From positions 46,934,001 through 46,998,000 of the forward strand of contig OZ024745.1 of assembly GCA_964016885.1 (NCBI GenBank): a stretch of DNA of 64,000 nucleotides, read 5' to 3'. Shown here piece after piece: positions 1 to 12,735 of the stretch. Source of the DNA: Eledone cirrhosa (lineage: Eukaryota). A model generated the notes under the pieces. That model was not told the DNA's origin. It saw only the letters and a list, made by a program, of their open reading frames with translations, and did not search any database. Each line of letters begins with the position of its first letter. Position 1 is the first letter of the stretch. The position numbers and the translations under genes are program-made.

Positions 1-1289
1 TTTGGGTGCCCCGTTCTTTTATGGGGGTCCATCTTTTATTTGGGTACCCCGGTTTTTATTTGGGTACTCCATTTTTTTATGGTTGGGGTCTGTTTCTAAT
101 TTGGGTGCCCCGTTTTTTTATGGGGGGGTCCGTTTTTTATTTGGGTACCCCGTTTTTTATTTGGGTGCCCCGTTTTTTTATGGGGGGGTGTCCGTTTTTT
201 ATTTATGTGCCCCGTTTTTTTTATGGGGGGTCTGTTTTTTATTTGGGTACCCCGTTTTTTATTTGGGTACCCCGTTTTTTTATGGGGGGTCCGTTTTTTA
301 ATTGGGTACCCCATTTTTTATTTGGGTGCCCCGTTTTTTTATGGTTGGGGTCCGTCTTTTATTTGGGTGCCCCGTTTTTTTATGGGCAGGGGTCCGTTTT
401 TTATTTGGGTGCCCCGTTTTTTTATGGGGGGGTCCGTTTTTTAATTGGGTACCCCGTTATTTATTTGGGTGCCCCGTTTTTTTATGGGGGGTCCGTTTTT
501 TATTTGGGTGCCCCGTTTTTTATTTGGGTGCCCCGTTTTTTATTTGGGTACCCCGTTTTTTATTTGGGTACCCCGTTTTTTTACGGGGGGGTCCGTTTTT
601 TATTTGGGTGCCCCGTGTTTTTATGGTGGGGGGCCCGTTTTTTATTTGGGTGCACCGTTTTTTTATGCGGGGGTCCGTTTTTTATTTGGGTGCCCCGTTT
701 TTTTTATGGGGGGTCCGTTTTTTATTTGGGTGCCCCGTTTTTTATTTGGGTGCCCCGTTTTTTTAAGGGGGGTCCGTTCTTTATTTGGGTGCCCCGTTTT
801 TTATTTGGGTGCCCCGTTTTTTTATGGGGTCCGTTTTTTATTTGGGTACCCCGTTTTTTATGGGGTGTCCGTTTTATATTTGGGTGCCCCGTTTTTATAT
901 GGGGGGGTCCGTTTTTTATTTGGGTGCCCCGTTTTTATAAGGGGGTGTCGGTTTATTATTTGGGTACCCCGTTTTTTATTGGGTGCCCCGTTTTTTATGG
1001 GGGGGCCGTTTTTTATTTGGGTACCCCGTTTTTTATTTGGGTGCCCCGTTTTTTTATGTGGGGGTCTGTTTTTTATTTGGGTGCCCAGTTTTTTTATGGG
1101 GGGTCCGTTTTTCATTTGGGTACCCCGTTTTTTATTTGGGTGCCCCGTTTTTTTATGGGGGGGTCCGTTTTTTATTTGGGTGCCCCGTTCTTTCATGGGG
1201 GGTGTCCATTTTTTATTTGGGTGCCCCGTTTTTTATGGGGGCTCCGTTTTTTATTTGGGTGCCCCGTTTTTTTATGGGGGGGTCCGTTT

Positions 1290-1770
1290 TTTATTTGGGT
1301 GCCCCGTTTTTTTATGGGGGGGTCGTTTTTTTATTTGGGTACCCCGTTTTCTATTTGGGTGCCATGTTTTTTTATGGGGTGGTCCGTTTTTTATTTGGGT
1401 GCCCCGTTTTTTATTTGGGTGCACCGTTTTTATTTGGGTACCCCGTTAATTATTTGGGTGCCCCGTTTTTTATTTGGGTACCCCGTTTTTTATTTGGGTG
1501 CCCCGTTTCTTTATGAGGGTGGGTCCGTTTTTTATTTGGGTGCCCCGTTTTTTTATGGGGGGGTCCGTTTTTTATTTGGGTACCCCGTTTTCTATTTGGG
1601 TGCCATGTTTTTTTATGGGGTGGTCCGTTTTTTATTTGGGTGCCCCGTTTTTTATTTGGGTGCACCGTTTTTATTTGGGTACCCCGTTAATTATTTGGGT
1701 GCCCCGTTTTTTATTTGGGTACCCCGTTTTTTATTTGGGTGCCCCGTTTCTTTATGAGGGTGGGTCCGTT
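1290..1770 (+). repeat. Local tandem duplication, period 241 bp (12 monomers)
   Basis: CCCCGTTAATTATTT at 1441 and 1682. TTTCTATTT, GCCATG, GCACCG and ATGAGGGTGGG are duplicated in the same order. Confidence 0.85.
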
Positions 1771-1789
1771 TTTTATTTGGGTACCCCGT

Positions 1790-4700
1790 TCTTTATTTGG
1801 GTGCCCCGTTTTTTTTATGGGGAGGGGTCCCTTTTTTATTTGGGTGCCCCGTTTTTTTATGGGGGGGTCCGTTTTTTAATTGGGTACCCCCGTTTTTTAT
1901 TTGGGTGTCCCGTTTTTTTTATGGGGGTCCGTTTTTTATTTGGTTACCCTGTTTTTTATTTGGGTGCCCCGTTTTTTTATGGGGGGTCCGTTTTTTTATT
2001 TGGGTACCCCGCTTTTTATTTGGGTGCCCCATTTTGTTATGGTTGGTGACCGTTTTTTAATTGGGTACCCCGTTTTTTATTTGGTTGCCCCGTTTTTTTA
2101 TGAGGGGGTGTCCGTTTTTTATTTGGGTGCCCCGTTCTTTTATGGGGGTCCATCTTTTATTTGGGTGCCCCGGTTTTTATTTGGGTACCCTGTCTTTTAT
2201 TTGGGTGCCTCGTTTTTTTATGGGGGGGTCCGTTTATTATTTGGGTACCCCGGTTTTTATTTGGGTACTCCATTTTTTTATGGTTGGGGTCTGTTTCTAA
2301 TTTGGGTGCCCCGTTTTTTTATGGGGGGGGTCCGTTTTTTATTTGGGTACCCCGTTTTTTATTTGGGTGCCCCGTTTTTTTATGGGGGGGTGTCCGTTTT
2401 TTATTTATGTGCCCCGTTTTTTTTATGGGGGGTCCGTTTTTTATTTGGGTACCCCGTTTTTTATTTGGGTGCCCCGTTTTTTTATGGTTGGGGTCCGTCT
2501 TTTATTTGGGTGCCCCGTTTTTTTATGGGCAGGGGTCCGTTTTTTATTTGGGTGCCCCGTTTTTTTATGGGGGGGGTCCGTTTTTTAATTGGGTACCCCG
2601 TTTTTTATTTGGGTGCCCCGTTTTTTTATGGGGGGTCCGTTTTTTATTTGGGTGCCCCGTTTTTTATTTGGGTGCCCCGTTTTTTATTTGGGTACCCCGT
2701 TTTTTATTTGGGTACCCCGTTTTTTTACGGGGGGGTCCGTTTTTTATTTGGGTGCCCCGTGTTTTTATGGTGGGGGGCCCGTTTTTTATTTGGGTGCACC
2801 GTTTTTTTATGCGGGGGTCCGTTTTTTATTTGGGTGCCCCGTTTTTTTTATGGGGGGTCCGTTTTTTATTTGGGTGCCCCGTTTTTTATTTGGGTGCCCC
2901 GTTTTTTTAAGGGGGGTCCGTTCTTTATTTGGGTGCCCCGTTTTTTATTTGGGTGCCCCGTTTTTTTATGGGGTCCGTTTTTTATTTGGGTACCCCGTTT
3001 TTTATGGGGTGTCCGTTTTATATTTGGGTGCCCCGTTTTTATATGGGGGGGTCCGTTTTTTATTTGGGTGCCCCGTTTTTTTAAGGGGGTGTCGGTTTAT
3101 TATTTGGGTACCCCGTTTTTTATTGGGTGCCCCGTTTTTTATGGGGGGGGCCGTTTTTTATTTGGGTACCCCGTTTTTTATTTGGGTGCCCCGTTTTTTT
3201 ATGGGGGGGTCCGTTTTTTATTTGGGTGCCCCGTTCTTTCATGGGGGGGTCCATTTTTTATTTGGGTGCCCCGTTTTTTATGGGGGCTCCGTTTTTTATT
3301 TGGGTGCCCCGTTTTTTATGCGGGGGTCCGTTTTTTATTTGGATGCCCCGTTTTTTTATGGGGGGGTCCGTTTTTTATTTGGGTGCCCCGTTTTTTTATG
3401 GGCGGGTCCGTTTTTTATTTGGGTACCCCGTTTTTTATTTGGGTGCCATGTTTTTTTATGGGGTGGTCCGTTTTTTATTTGGGTGCCCCGTTTTTTATTT
3501 GGGTGCACCGTTTTTATTTGGGTACCCCGTTATTTATTTGGGTGACCCGTTTTTTGTTTGGGTACCTCGTTTTTTATTTGGGTGCCCCGTTTCTTTATGA
3601 GGGTGGGTCCGTTTTTTATTTGGGTACCCCGTTTTTTATGGGGGGTCCGTTTTATATTTGGGTGTCCCGTTTTTATATGGGGGGGTACGTTTTTTATTTG
3701 GGTGCGCCGTTTTTTTAAGGGGGGGTCGGTTTTTTATTTGGGTACCCCTTTTTTTATTGGGTGCCCTGTTTTTTATGGGGGGGCCGTTTTTTATTTGGGT
3801 ACCCCGTTTTTTATTTGGGTGCCCCGTTTTTTTATGGTTGGGGTCCGTCTTTTATTTGGGTGCCCCGTTTTTTTATGGGCAGGGGTCCGTTTTTTATTTG
3901 GGTGCCCCGTTTTTTTATGGGGGGGTCCGTTTTTTAATTGGGTACCCCGTTATTTATTTGGGTGCCCCGTTTTTTTATGGGGGGTCCGTTTTTTATTTGG
4001 GTGCCCCGTTTTTTATTTGGGTGCCCCGTTTTTTATTTGGGTACCCCGTTTTTTATTTGGGTACCCCGTTTTTTTACGGGGGGGTCCGTTTTTTATTTGG
4101 GTGCCCCGTGTTTTTATGGTGGGGGGCCCGTTTTTTATTTGGGTGCACCGTTTTTATTTGGGTACCCCGTTATTTATTTGGGTGACCCGTTTTTTGTTTG
4201 GGTACCTCGTTTTTTATTTGGGTGCCCCGTTTCTTTATTTGGGTGCCCCGTTTTTTTTATGGGGAGGGGTCCCTTTTTTATTTGGGTGCCCCGTTTTTTT
4301 ATGGGGGGGTCCGTTTTTTAATTGGGTACCCCCGTTTTTTATTTGGGTGTCCCGTTTTTTTTATGGGGGTCCGTTTTTTATTTGGGTACCCTGTTTTTTA
4401 TTTGGGTGCCCCGTTTTTTTATGGGGGGTCCGTTTTTTTATTTGGGTACCCCGCTTTTTATTTGGGTGCCCCATTTTGTTATGGTTGGTGACCGTTTTTT
4501 AATTGGGTACCCCGTTTTTTATTTGGTTGCCCCGTTTTTTTATGAGGGGGTGTCCGTTTTTTATTTGGGTGCCCCGTTCTTTTATGGGGGTCCATCTTTT
4601 ATTTGGGTGCCCCGGTTTTTATTTGGGTACCCTGTCTTTTATTTGGGTGCCTCGTTCTTTTATGGGGGGGTCCGTTTATTATTTGGGTACCCCGGTTTTT

Positions 4701-6280
4701 ATTTGGGTACTCCATTTTTTTATGGTTGGGGTCTGTTTCTAATTTGGGTGCCCCGTTTTTTTATGGGGGGGGTCCGTTTTTTATTTGGGTACCCCGTTTT
4801 TTATTTGGGTGCCCCGTTTTTTTATGGGGGGGTGTCCGTTTTTTATTTATGTGCCCCGTTTTTTTTATGGGGGGTCCGTTTTTTATTTGGGTACCCCGTT
4901 TTTTATTTGGGTGCCCCGTTTTTTTATGGTTGGGGTCCGTCTTTTATTTGGGTGCCCCGTTTTTTTATGGGCAGGGGTCCGTTTTTTATTTGGGTGCCCC
5001 GTTTTTTTATGGGGGGGGTCCGTTTTTTAATTGGGTACCCCGTTTTTTATTTGGGTGCCCCGTTTTTTTATGGGGGGTCCGTTTTTTATTTGGGTGCCCC
5101 GTTTTTTATTTGGGTGCCCCGTTTTTTATTTGGGTACCCCGTTTTTTATTTGGGTACCCCGTTTTTTTACGGGGGGGGTCCGTTTTTTATTTGGGTGCCC
5201 CGTGTTTTTATGGTGGGGGGCCCGTTTTTTATTTGGGTGCACCGTTTTTTTATGCGGGGGTCCGTTTTTTATTTGGGTGCCCCGTTTTTTTTATGGGGGG
5301 TCCGTTTTTTATTTGGGTGCCCCGTTTTTTATTTGGGTGCCCCGTTTTTTTAAGGGAGGTCCGTTCTTTATTTGGGTGCCCCGTTTTTTATTTGGGTGCC
5401 CCGTTTTTTTATGGGGTCCGTTTTTTATTTGGGTACCCCGTTTTTTATGGGGTGTCCGTTTTATATTTGGGTGCCCCGTTTTTATATGGGGGGGTCCGTT
5501 TTTTATTTGGGTGCCCCGTTTTTTTAAGGGGGTGTCGGTTTATTATTTGGGTACCCCGTTTTTTATTGGGTGCCCCGTTTTTTATGGGGGGGGGGCGTTT
5601 TTTATTTGGGTACCCCGTTTTTTATTTGGGTGCCCCGTTTTTTTTATGGGGGGGTCCGTTTTTTATTTGGGTGCCCCGTTCTTTCATGGGGGGGTCCATT
5701 TTTTATTTGGGTGCCCCGTTTTTTATGGGGGCTCCGTTTTTTATTTGGGTGCCCCGTTTTTTATGCGGGGGTCCGTTTTTTATTTGGATGCCCCGTTTTT
5801 TTATGGGGGGGTCCGTTTTTTATTTGGGTGCCCCGTTTTTTTATGGGCGGGTCCGTTTTTTATTTGGGTACCCCGTTTTTTATTTGGGTGCCATGTTTTT
5901 TTATGGGGTGGTCCGTTTTTTATTTGGGTGCCCCGTTTTTTATTTGGGTGCACCGTTTTTATTTGGGTACCCCGTTATTTATTTGGGTGACCCGTTTTTT
6001 GTTTGGGTACCTCGTTTTTTATTTGGGTGCCCCGTTTCTTTATGAGGGTGGGTCCGTTTTTTATTTGGGTACCCCGTTTTTTATGGGGGGTCCGTTTTAT
6101 ATTTGGGTGTCCCGTTTTTATATGGGGGGGTACGTTTTTTATTTGGGTGCGCCGTTTTTTTAAGGGGGGGTCGGTTTTTTATTTGGGTACCCCTTTTTTT
6201 ATTGGGTGCCCTGTTTTTTATGGGGGGGCCGTTTTTTATTTGGGTACCCCGTTTTTTATTTGGGTGCCCCGTTTTTTTAT
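1790..6280 (+). repeat. Higher-order duplication: ~1790-3835 repeated at ~4232-6280 (offset ~2442 bp)
   Basis: GGTTGGTGACC at 2041 and 4483. CTAAT at 2297 and 4739. Near-identical ORF translations 2061..2300 vs 4503..4742 and 2343..2588 vs 4785..5030. Confidence 0.9.
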
Positions 6281-7771
6281 GTGGGGGTCTGTTTTTTATT
6301 TGGGTGCCCCGTTTTTTTATGGGGGGGTCCGTTTTTCATTTGGGTACCTCGTTTATTATTTGGGTGCCCCGTTTTTTTATGGAGGGGTCCGTTTTTTATT
6401 TGGGTGCCCCGTTCTTTCATGGGGGGGTCCGTTTTTTATATGGGTGCCCCGTTTTTTATGGGGGCTCCGTTTTTTATTTGGGTGCCCCGTTTTTTATGCG
6501 GGGGTCCGTTTTTTATTTGGGTGCCCCGTTTTTTTATGGGGGGGTCCGTTTTTTATTTGGGTGCCCCGTTTTTTTATGGGGGGTCCGTTTTTTATTTGGG
6601 TACCCCGTTTTTTATTTGGGTGCCATGTTTTTTTATGGGGGGTCCGTTTTTTATTTGGGTGCACCGTTTTTATTTGGGTACCCCGTTATTTATTTGGGTG
6701 CCCCGTTTTTTATTTGGGTACCCCGTTTTTTATTTGGGTGCCCCGTTTCTTTATGAGGGTGGGTCCGTTTTTTATTTGGGTACCCCGTTCTTTATTTGGG
6801 TGCCCCGTTTTTTTTATGGGGAGGGGTCCCTTTTTTATTTGGGTGCCCCGTTTTTTTATGGGGGGGTCCGTTTTTTAATTGGGTACCCCGTTTTTTATTT
6901 GGGTGCCCCGTTTTTTTATGGGGGGTCCGTTTTTTATTTGGGTACCTCGTTTTTTATTTGGGTACCCCGTTTTTTTATGGGGGGTCCGTTTTTTAATTGG
7001 GTACCCCATTTTTTATTTGGGTGCCCCGTTATTTTATGGGGGGTCCGTTTTTTATTTGGGTACCCTGTTTTTTATTTGGGTGCCCCGTTTTTTTATGGGG
7101 GTCCGTTTTTTTATTTGGGTACCCCGGTCTTTATTTGGGTGCCCCATTTTGTTATGGTTGGTGTCCGTTTTTTAATTGGGTACCCCGTTTTTTATTTGGT
7201 TGCCCCGTTTTTTTATGGGGGGGGGTGTCCGTTTTTTATTTGGGTGCCCCGTTCTTTTATGGGGGTCCGTTTTTTATTTGGGTGCCCCGGTTTTTATTTG
7301 GGTACCCTGTCTTTTATTTGGGTGCCTCGTTTTTATATGGGGGGGTCCGTTTATTATTTGGGTACCCCGGTTTTTATTTGGGTTCCCCATTTTTTTATGG
7401 TTGGGGTCTGTTTCTAATTTGGGTGCCCCGTTTTTTTATGGGGGGGTCCGTTTTTTATTTGGGTACACCGTTTTTTATTTGGGTGCCCCGTTTTTTTATG
7501 GGGGGGTTTCCGTTTCTTATTTAGGTGCCCCGTTTTTTTTATGAGGGGTCCGTTTTTTATTTGGGTACCCCGTTTTTTATTTGGGTACCCCGTTTTTTTA
7601 TGGGGGGTCCGTTTTTTAATTGGGTACCCCGTTTTTTATTTGGGTGCCCCGTTTTTTTATGTGGGGGTCTGTTTTTTATTTGGGTGCCCCGTTTTTTTAT
7701 GGGGGGGTCCGTTTTTCATTTGGGTGCCCCGTTCTTTCATGGGGGGGGGGTTCCGTTTTTTATATGGGTGC

Positions 7772-9528
7772 CCCGTTCTTTCATGGGGGGGTCCATTTTT
7801 TATTTGGGTGCCCCGTTTTTTATGGGGGCTCCGTTTTTTATTTGGGTGCCCCGTTTTTTATGCGGGGGTCCGTTTTTTATTTGGATGCCCCGTTTTTTTA
7901 TGGGGGGGTCCGTTTTTTATTTGGGTGCCCCGTTTTTTTATGGGCGGGTCCGTTTTTTATTTGGGTACCCCGTTTTTTATTTGGGTGCCATGTTTTTTTA
8001 TGGGGTGGTCCGTTTTTTATTTGGGTGCCCCGTTTTTTATTTGGGTGCACCGTTTTTATTTGGGTACCCCGTTATTTATTTGGGTGACCCGTTTTTTGTT
8101 TGGGTACCTCGTTTTTTATTTGGGTGCCCCGTTTCTTTATGAGGGTGGGTCCGTTTTTTATTTGGGTACCCCGTTTTTTATGGGGGGTCCGTTTTATATT
8201 TGGGTGTCCCGTTTTTATATGGGGGGGTACGTTTTTTATTTGGGTGCGCCGTTTTTTTAAGGGGGGGTCGGTTTTTTATTTGGGTACCCCTTTTTTTATT
8301 GGGTGCCCTGTTTTTTATGGGGGGGCCGTTTTTTATTTGGGTACCCCGTTTTTTATTTGGGTGCCCCGTTTTTTTATGGTTGGGGTCCGTCTTTTATTTG
8401 GGTGCCCCGTTTTTTTATGGGCAGGGGTCCGTTTTTTATTTGGGTGCCCCGTTTTTTTATGGGGGGGTCCGTTTTTTAATTGGGTACCCCGTTATTTATT
8501 TGGGTGCCCCGTTTTTTTATGGGGGGTCTGTTTTTTATTTGGGTGCCCCGTTTTTTATTTGGGTGCCCCGTTTTTTATTTGGGTACCCCGTTTTTTATTT
8601 GGGTACCCCGTTTTTTTACGGGGGGGTCCGTTTTTTATTTGGGTGCCCCGTGTTTTTATGGTGGGGGGCCCGTTTTTTATTTGGGTGCACCGTTTTTATT
8701 TGGGTACCCCGTTATTTATTTGGGTGACCCGTTTTTTGTTTGGGTACCTCGTTTTTTATTTGGGTGCCCCGTTTCTTTATTTGGGTGCCCCGTTTTTTTT
8801 ATGGGGAGGGGTCCCTTTTTTATTTGGGTGCCCCGTTTTTTTATGGGGGGGTCCGTTTTTTAATTGGGTACCCCCGTTTTTTATTTGGGTGTCCCGTTTT
8901 TTTTATGGGGGTCCGTTTTTTATTTGGGTACCCTGTTTTTTATTTGGGTGCCCCGTTTTTTTATGGGGGGTCCGTTTTTTTATTTGGGTACCCCGCTTTT
9001 TATTTGGGTGCCCCATTTTGTTATGGTTGGTGACCGTTTTTTAATTGGGTACCCCGTTTTTTATTTGGTTGCCCCGTTTTTTTATGAGGGGGTGTCCGTT
9101 TTTTATTTGGGTGCCCCGTTCTTTTATGGGGGTCCATCTTTTATTTGGGTGCCCCGGTTTTTATTTGGGTACCCTGTCTTTTATTTGGGTGCCTCGTTCT
9201 TTTATGGGGGGGGTCCGTTTATTATTTGGGTACCCCGGTTTTTATTTGGGTACTCCATTTTTTTATGGTTGGGGTCTGTTTCTAATTTGGGTGCCCCGTT
9301 TTTTTATGGGGGGGGTCCGTTTTTTATTTGGGTACCCCGTTTTTTATTTGGGTGCCCCGTTTTTTTATGGGGGGGTGTCCGTTTTTTATTTATGTGCCCC
9401 GTTTTTTTTATGGGGGGTCCGTTTTTTATTTGGGTACCCCGTTTTTTATTTGGGTGCCCCGTTTTTTTATGGTTGGGGTCCGTCTTTTATTTGGGTGCCC
9501 CGTTTTTTTATGGGCAGGGGTCCGTTTT
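7772..9528 (+). repeat. Non-adjacent copy of ~3230-4985 (offset ~4542 bp)
   Basis: ORFs 3558..4502 and 8100..9044 (both 314 aa) and 3658..4185 and 8200..8727 are essentially identical. GGTTGGTGACC at 4483 and 9025. Confidence 0.9.
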
Positions 9529-9860
9529 TTTTTTATGTGGGGGTCTGTTTTTTATTTGGGTGCCCAGTTTTTTTATGGGGGGTCCGTTTTTCATTTGGGT
9601 ACCCCGTTTTTTATTTGGGTGCCCCGTTTTTTTATGGGGGGTCCGTTTTTTATTTGGGTACCCCGTTTTTTATTTGGGTGCCCCGTTTTTTTATGGTTGG
9701 GGTCCGTCTTTTATTTGGGTGCCCCGTTTTTTTATGGGCAGGGGTCCGTTTTTTTTTTATGTGGGGGTCTGTTTTTTATTTGGGTGCCCAGTTTTTTTAT
9801 GGGGGGTCCGTTTTTCATTTGGGTACCCCGTTTTTTATTTGGGTGCCCCGTTTTTTTATG
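9410..9860 (+). repeat. Local tandem duplication, period 224 bp, containing a junction monomer
   Basis: GGGCAGGGGTCCG-T10-ATGTGGGGGTCTG occurs twice (CA at 9515 and 9739), each followed by CCCAG and TTTCATTT. Confidence 0.85.
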
Positions 9861-11764
9861 GGGGGGTCCGTTTTTTATTTGGGTGCCCCGTTTTTTTATG
9901 GGGGGGTCCCGTTTTTTATTTGGGTGCCCCGTTTTTTTATGGGGGGGGTCCGTTTTTTATTTGGGTGCCCCGTTTTTTTATGGGGGGGTCCGTTTTTTAT
10001 TTGGGTGCCCCGTTTTTTTATGGGGGGGTCCCGTTTTTTATTTGGGTGCCCCGTTTTTTTATGGGGGGGGTCCGTTTTTTATTTGGGTACCCCGTTTCTT
10101 ATTTGGGTGCCCCGTTTTTTTATGGGGGGGTCCGTTTTTTATTTGGGTGCCCCGTTTTTTTATGGGGGGGGTCCGTTTTTTATTTGGGTGCCCCGTTTTT
10201 TTTATGGGGGGGTCCGTTTTTTATTTGGGGACCCCGTTTTTTATTTGGGTGCCCCGTTTTTTTATGGGGGGGTCCGTTTTTTATTTGGGTGCCCCGTTTT
10301 TTTATGGGGGGGTCCGTTTTTTATTTGGGTGCCCCGTTTTTTATTTGGGTACCCCGTTTTTTATTTGGGTGCCCCGTTTTTTTATGGGGGGGTCCGTTTT
10401 TTATTTGGGTGCCCCGTTTTTTATTTGGGTGCCCCGTTTTTTTATGGGGGGGGTCCGTTTTTTATCTGGGTACCCCGTTTTTTATTTGGGTGCCCCGTTA
10501 TTTATTTGGGTGCCCCGTTTTTTTATGGGGGGATCCGTTTTTTATTTGGGTGCCCCGTTTTATATTTGGGTGCCCCGTTTTTTATTTGGGTGCCCCGTTT
10601 TTTTATGGGGGGGGTCCGTTTTTTATCTGGGTACCCCGTTTTTTATTTGGGTACCCCGTTTTTTATTTGGGTGCCCCGTTTTTTTTATGGGGGGGGGGTC
10701 CGTTTTTTATTTGGGTGCCCCGTTTTTTATTTGGGTGTCAGTTTTTTTATGGGGGGGTCCCGTTTTTTATTTGGGTGCCCCGTTTTTTTATGGGGGGGGG
10801 TCCGATTTTTATTTCGGTGCCCCGTTTTTTTATGGGGGGGGTTCGTTTTTTATTTGGGTGCCCCTTTTTTTATTTGGGTGCCCCGTTTTTTTTATGGGGG
10901 GGATCCGTTTTTTATTTGGGTGCCCCGTTTTTTTATGGGGGGGTCCGTTTTTTATTTGGGTGCCCCGTTTTTTTATGGGGGGGGGTCCGTTTTTTATTTG
11001 GGTGCCCCGTTTTTTTATGGGGGGGTCCCGTTTTTTATTTGGGTGCCCCGTTTTTTTTATGGGGGAGTCCGTTTTTTATTTGGGTGCCCCGTTTTTATAT
11101 GGGGGGGTCCGTTTTTTATTTGGGTGCCCCGTTTTTTTAAGGGGGTGTCGGTTTATTATTTGGGTACCCCGTTTTTTATTGGGTGCCCCGTTTTTTATGG
11201 GGGGGGCCGTTTTTTATTTGGGTACCCCGTTTTTTATTTGGGTGCCCCGTTTTTTTATGGGGGGGTCCGTTTATTATGGGGGCTCCGTTTTTTATTTGGG
11301 TGCCCCGTTTGTCATGCGGGGGTCCGTTTTTTATTTGGGTGCCCCGTACTTTTATGGGGGGGTCCGTTTTTTATTTGGGTGCCCCGTTTTTTTATGGAGG
11401 GTCCGTTTTTTATTTGGGTACCCCGTTTTTCATTTGGGTGCCATGTTTTTTTATGGGGTGGTCCGTTTTTTATTTGGGTGCCCCGTTTTTTATTTGGGTG
11501 CACCGTTTTTATTTGGGTACCCCGTTATTTATTTGGGTGCCCCGTTTTTTATTTGGGTACCCCGTTTTTTATTTGGGTGCCCCGTTTTTTTATGGGGGGG
11601 TGTCCGTTTTTTATTTATGTGCCCCGTTTTTTTTATGGGGGGTCTGTTTTTTATTTGGGTACCCCGTTTTTTATTTGGGTACCCCGTTATTTATTTGGGT
11701 GCCCCGTTTTTTATTTGGGTACCCCGTTTTTTATTTGGGTGCCCCGTTTTTTTATGGGGGGGTG

Positions 11765-12735
11765 TCCGTTTTTTATTTATGTGCCCCGTTTTTTTTTATG
11801 GGGGGTCTGTTTTTTATTTGGGTACCCCGTTTTTTATTTGGGTACCCCGTTTTTTTATGGGGGGTCCGTTTTTTAATTGGGTACCCCATTTTTTATTTGG
11901 GTGCCCCGTTTTTTTATGGTTGGGGTCCGTCTTTTATTTGGGTGCCCCGTTTTTTTATGGGCAGGGGTCCGTTTTTTATTTGGGTGCCCCGTTTTTTTAT
12001 GGGGGGGTCCGTTTTTTAATTGGGTACCCCGTTTTTTATTTGGGTGCCCCGTTTTTTTATGGGGGGTCCGTTTTTTATTTGGGTGCCCCGTTTTTTATTT
12101 GGGTGCCCCGTTTTTTATTTGGGTACCCCGTTTTTTATTTGGGTACCCCGTTTTTTTACGGGGGGGTCCGTTTTTTATTTGGGTGCCCCGTGTTTTTATG
12201 GTGGGGGGCCCGTTTTTTATTTGGGTGCACCGTTTTTTTATGCGGGGGTACGTTTTTTATTTGGGTGCCCCGTTTTTTTTATGGGGGGTCCGTTTTTTAT
12301 TTGGGTGCCCCGTTTTTTATTTGGGTGCCCTGTTTTTTTAAGGGGGGTCCGTTCTTTATTTGGGTGCCCCGTTTTTTATTTGGGTGCCCCGTTTTTTTAT
12401 GGGGTCCGTTTTTTATTTGGGTACCCCGTTTTTTATGGGGTGTCCATTTTATATTTGGGTGCCCCGTTTTTATATGGGGGGGTCCGTTTTTTATTTGGGT
12501 GCCCCGTTTTTTTAAGGGGGTGTCGGTTTATTATTTGGGTACCCCGTTTTTTATTGGGTGCCCCGTTTTTTATGGGGGGGCCGTTTTTTATTTGGGTACC
12601 CCGTTTTTTATTTGGGTGCCCCGTTTTTTTATGTGGGGGTCTGTTTTTTATTTGGGTGCCCAGTTTTTTTATGGGGGGTCCGTTTTTCATTTGGGTACCC
12701 CGTTTTTTATTTGGGTGCCCCGTTTTTTTATGGGG
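11765..12735 (+). repeat. Distant copy of ~190-1160 (offset ~11575 bp)
   Basis: ORFs 302..766 and 11877..12341 are both 154 aa and near-identical. The ordered markers TTTATGTGCC, CCCCATTTT, GGGCAGGGG, TTACGG, TTAAGG and GTCGGTTTATTA are shared. Confidence 0.85.

Larger units (their letters stand above)
1..12700 (+). repeat. Diverged satellite domain I, organised as irregular ~1.9-2.7 kb higher-order units
   Basis: High density of private variants (GGTTGGGG, GGGCAGGGG, TTACGGGG, TTAAGGGG, ATGAGGGTGGG, TTTATGTGCC, CCATTTT). Marker TCTGTTTCTAAT recurs with CTAAT at 96, 2297, 4739, 7414 and 9282 (spacings 2201, 2442, 2675, 1868). A domain-II-type block interrupts it at ~9850-11080. Confidence 0.85.

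Noticed and set aside
96-12690. Short K/P/G-rich minus-strand ORFs (histone-tail or protamine-like appearance)
   Set aside because: They are translations of the A-rich complement and survive only where chance indels dodge the TAA present in each monomer.
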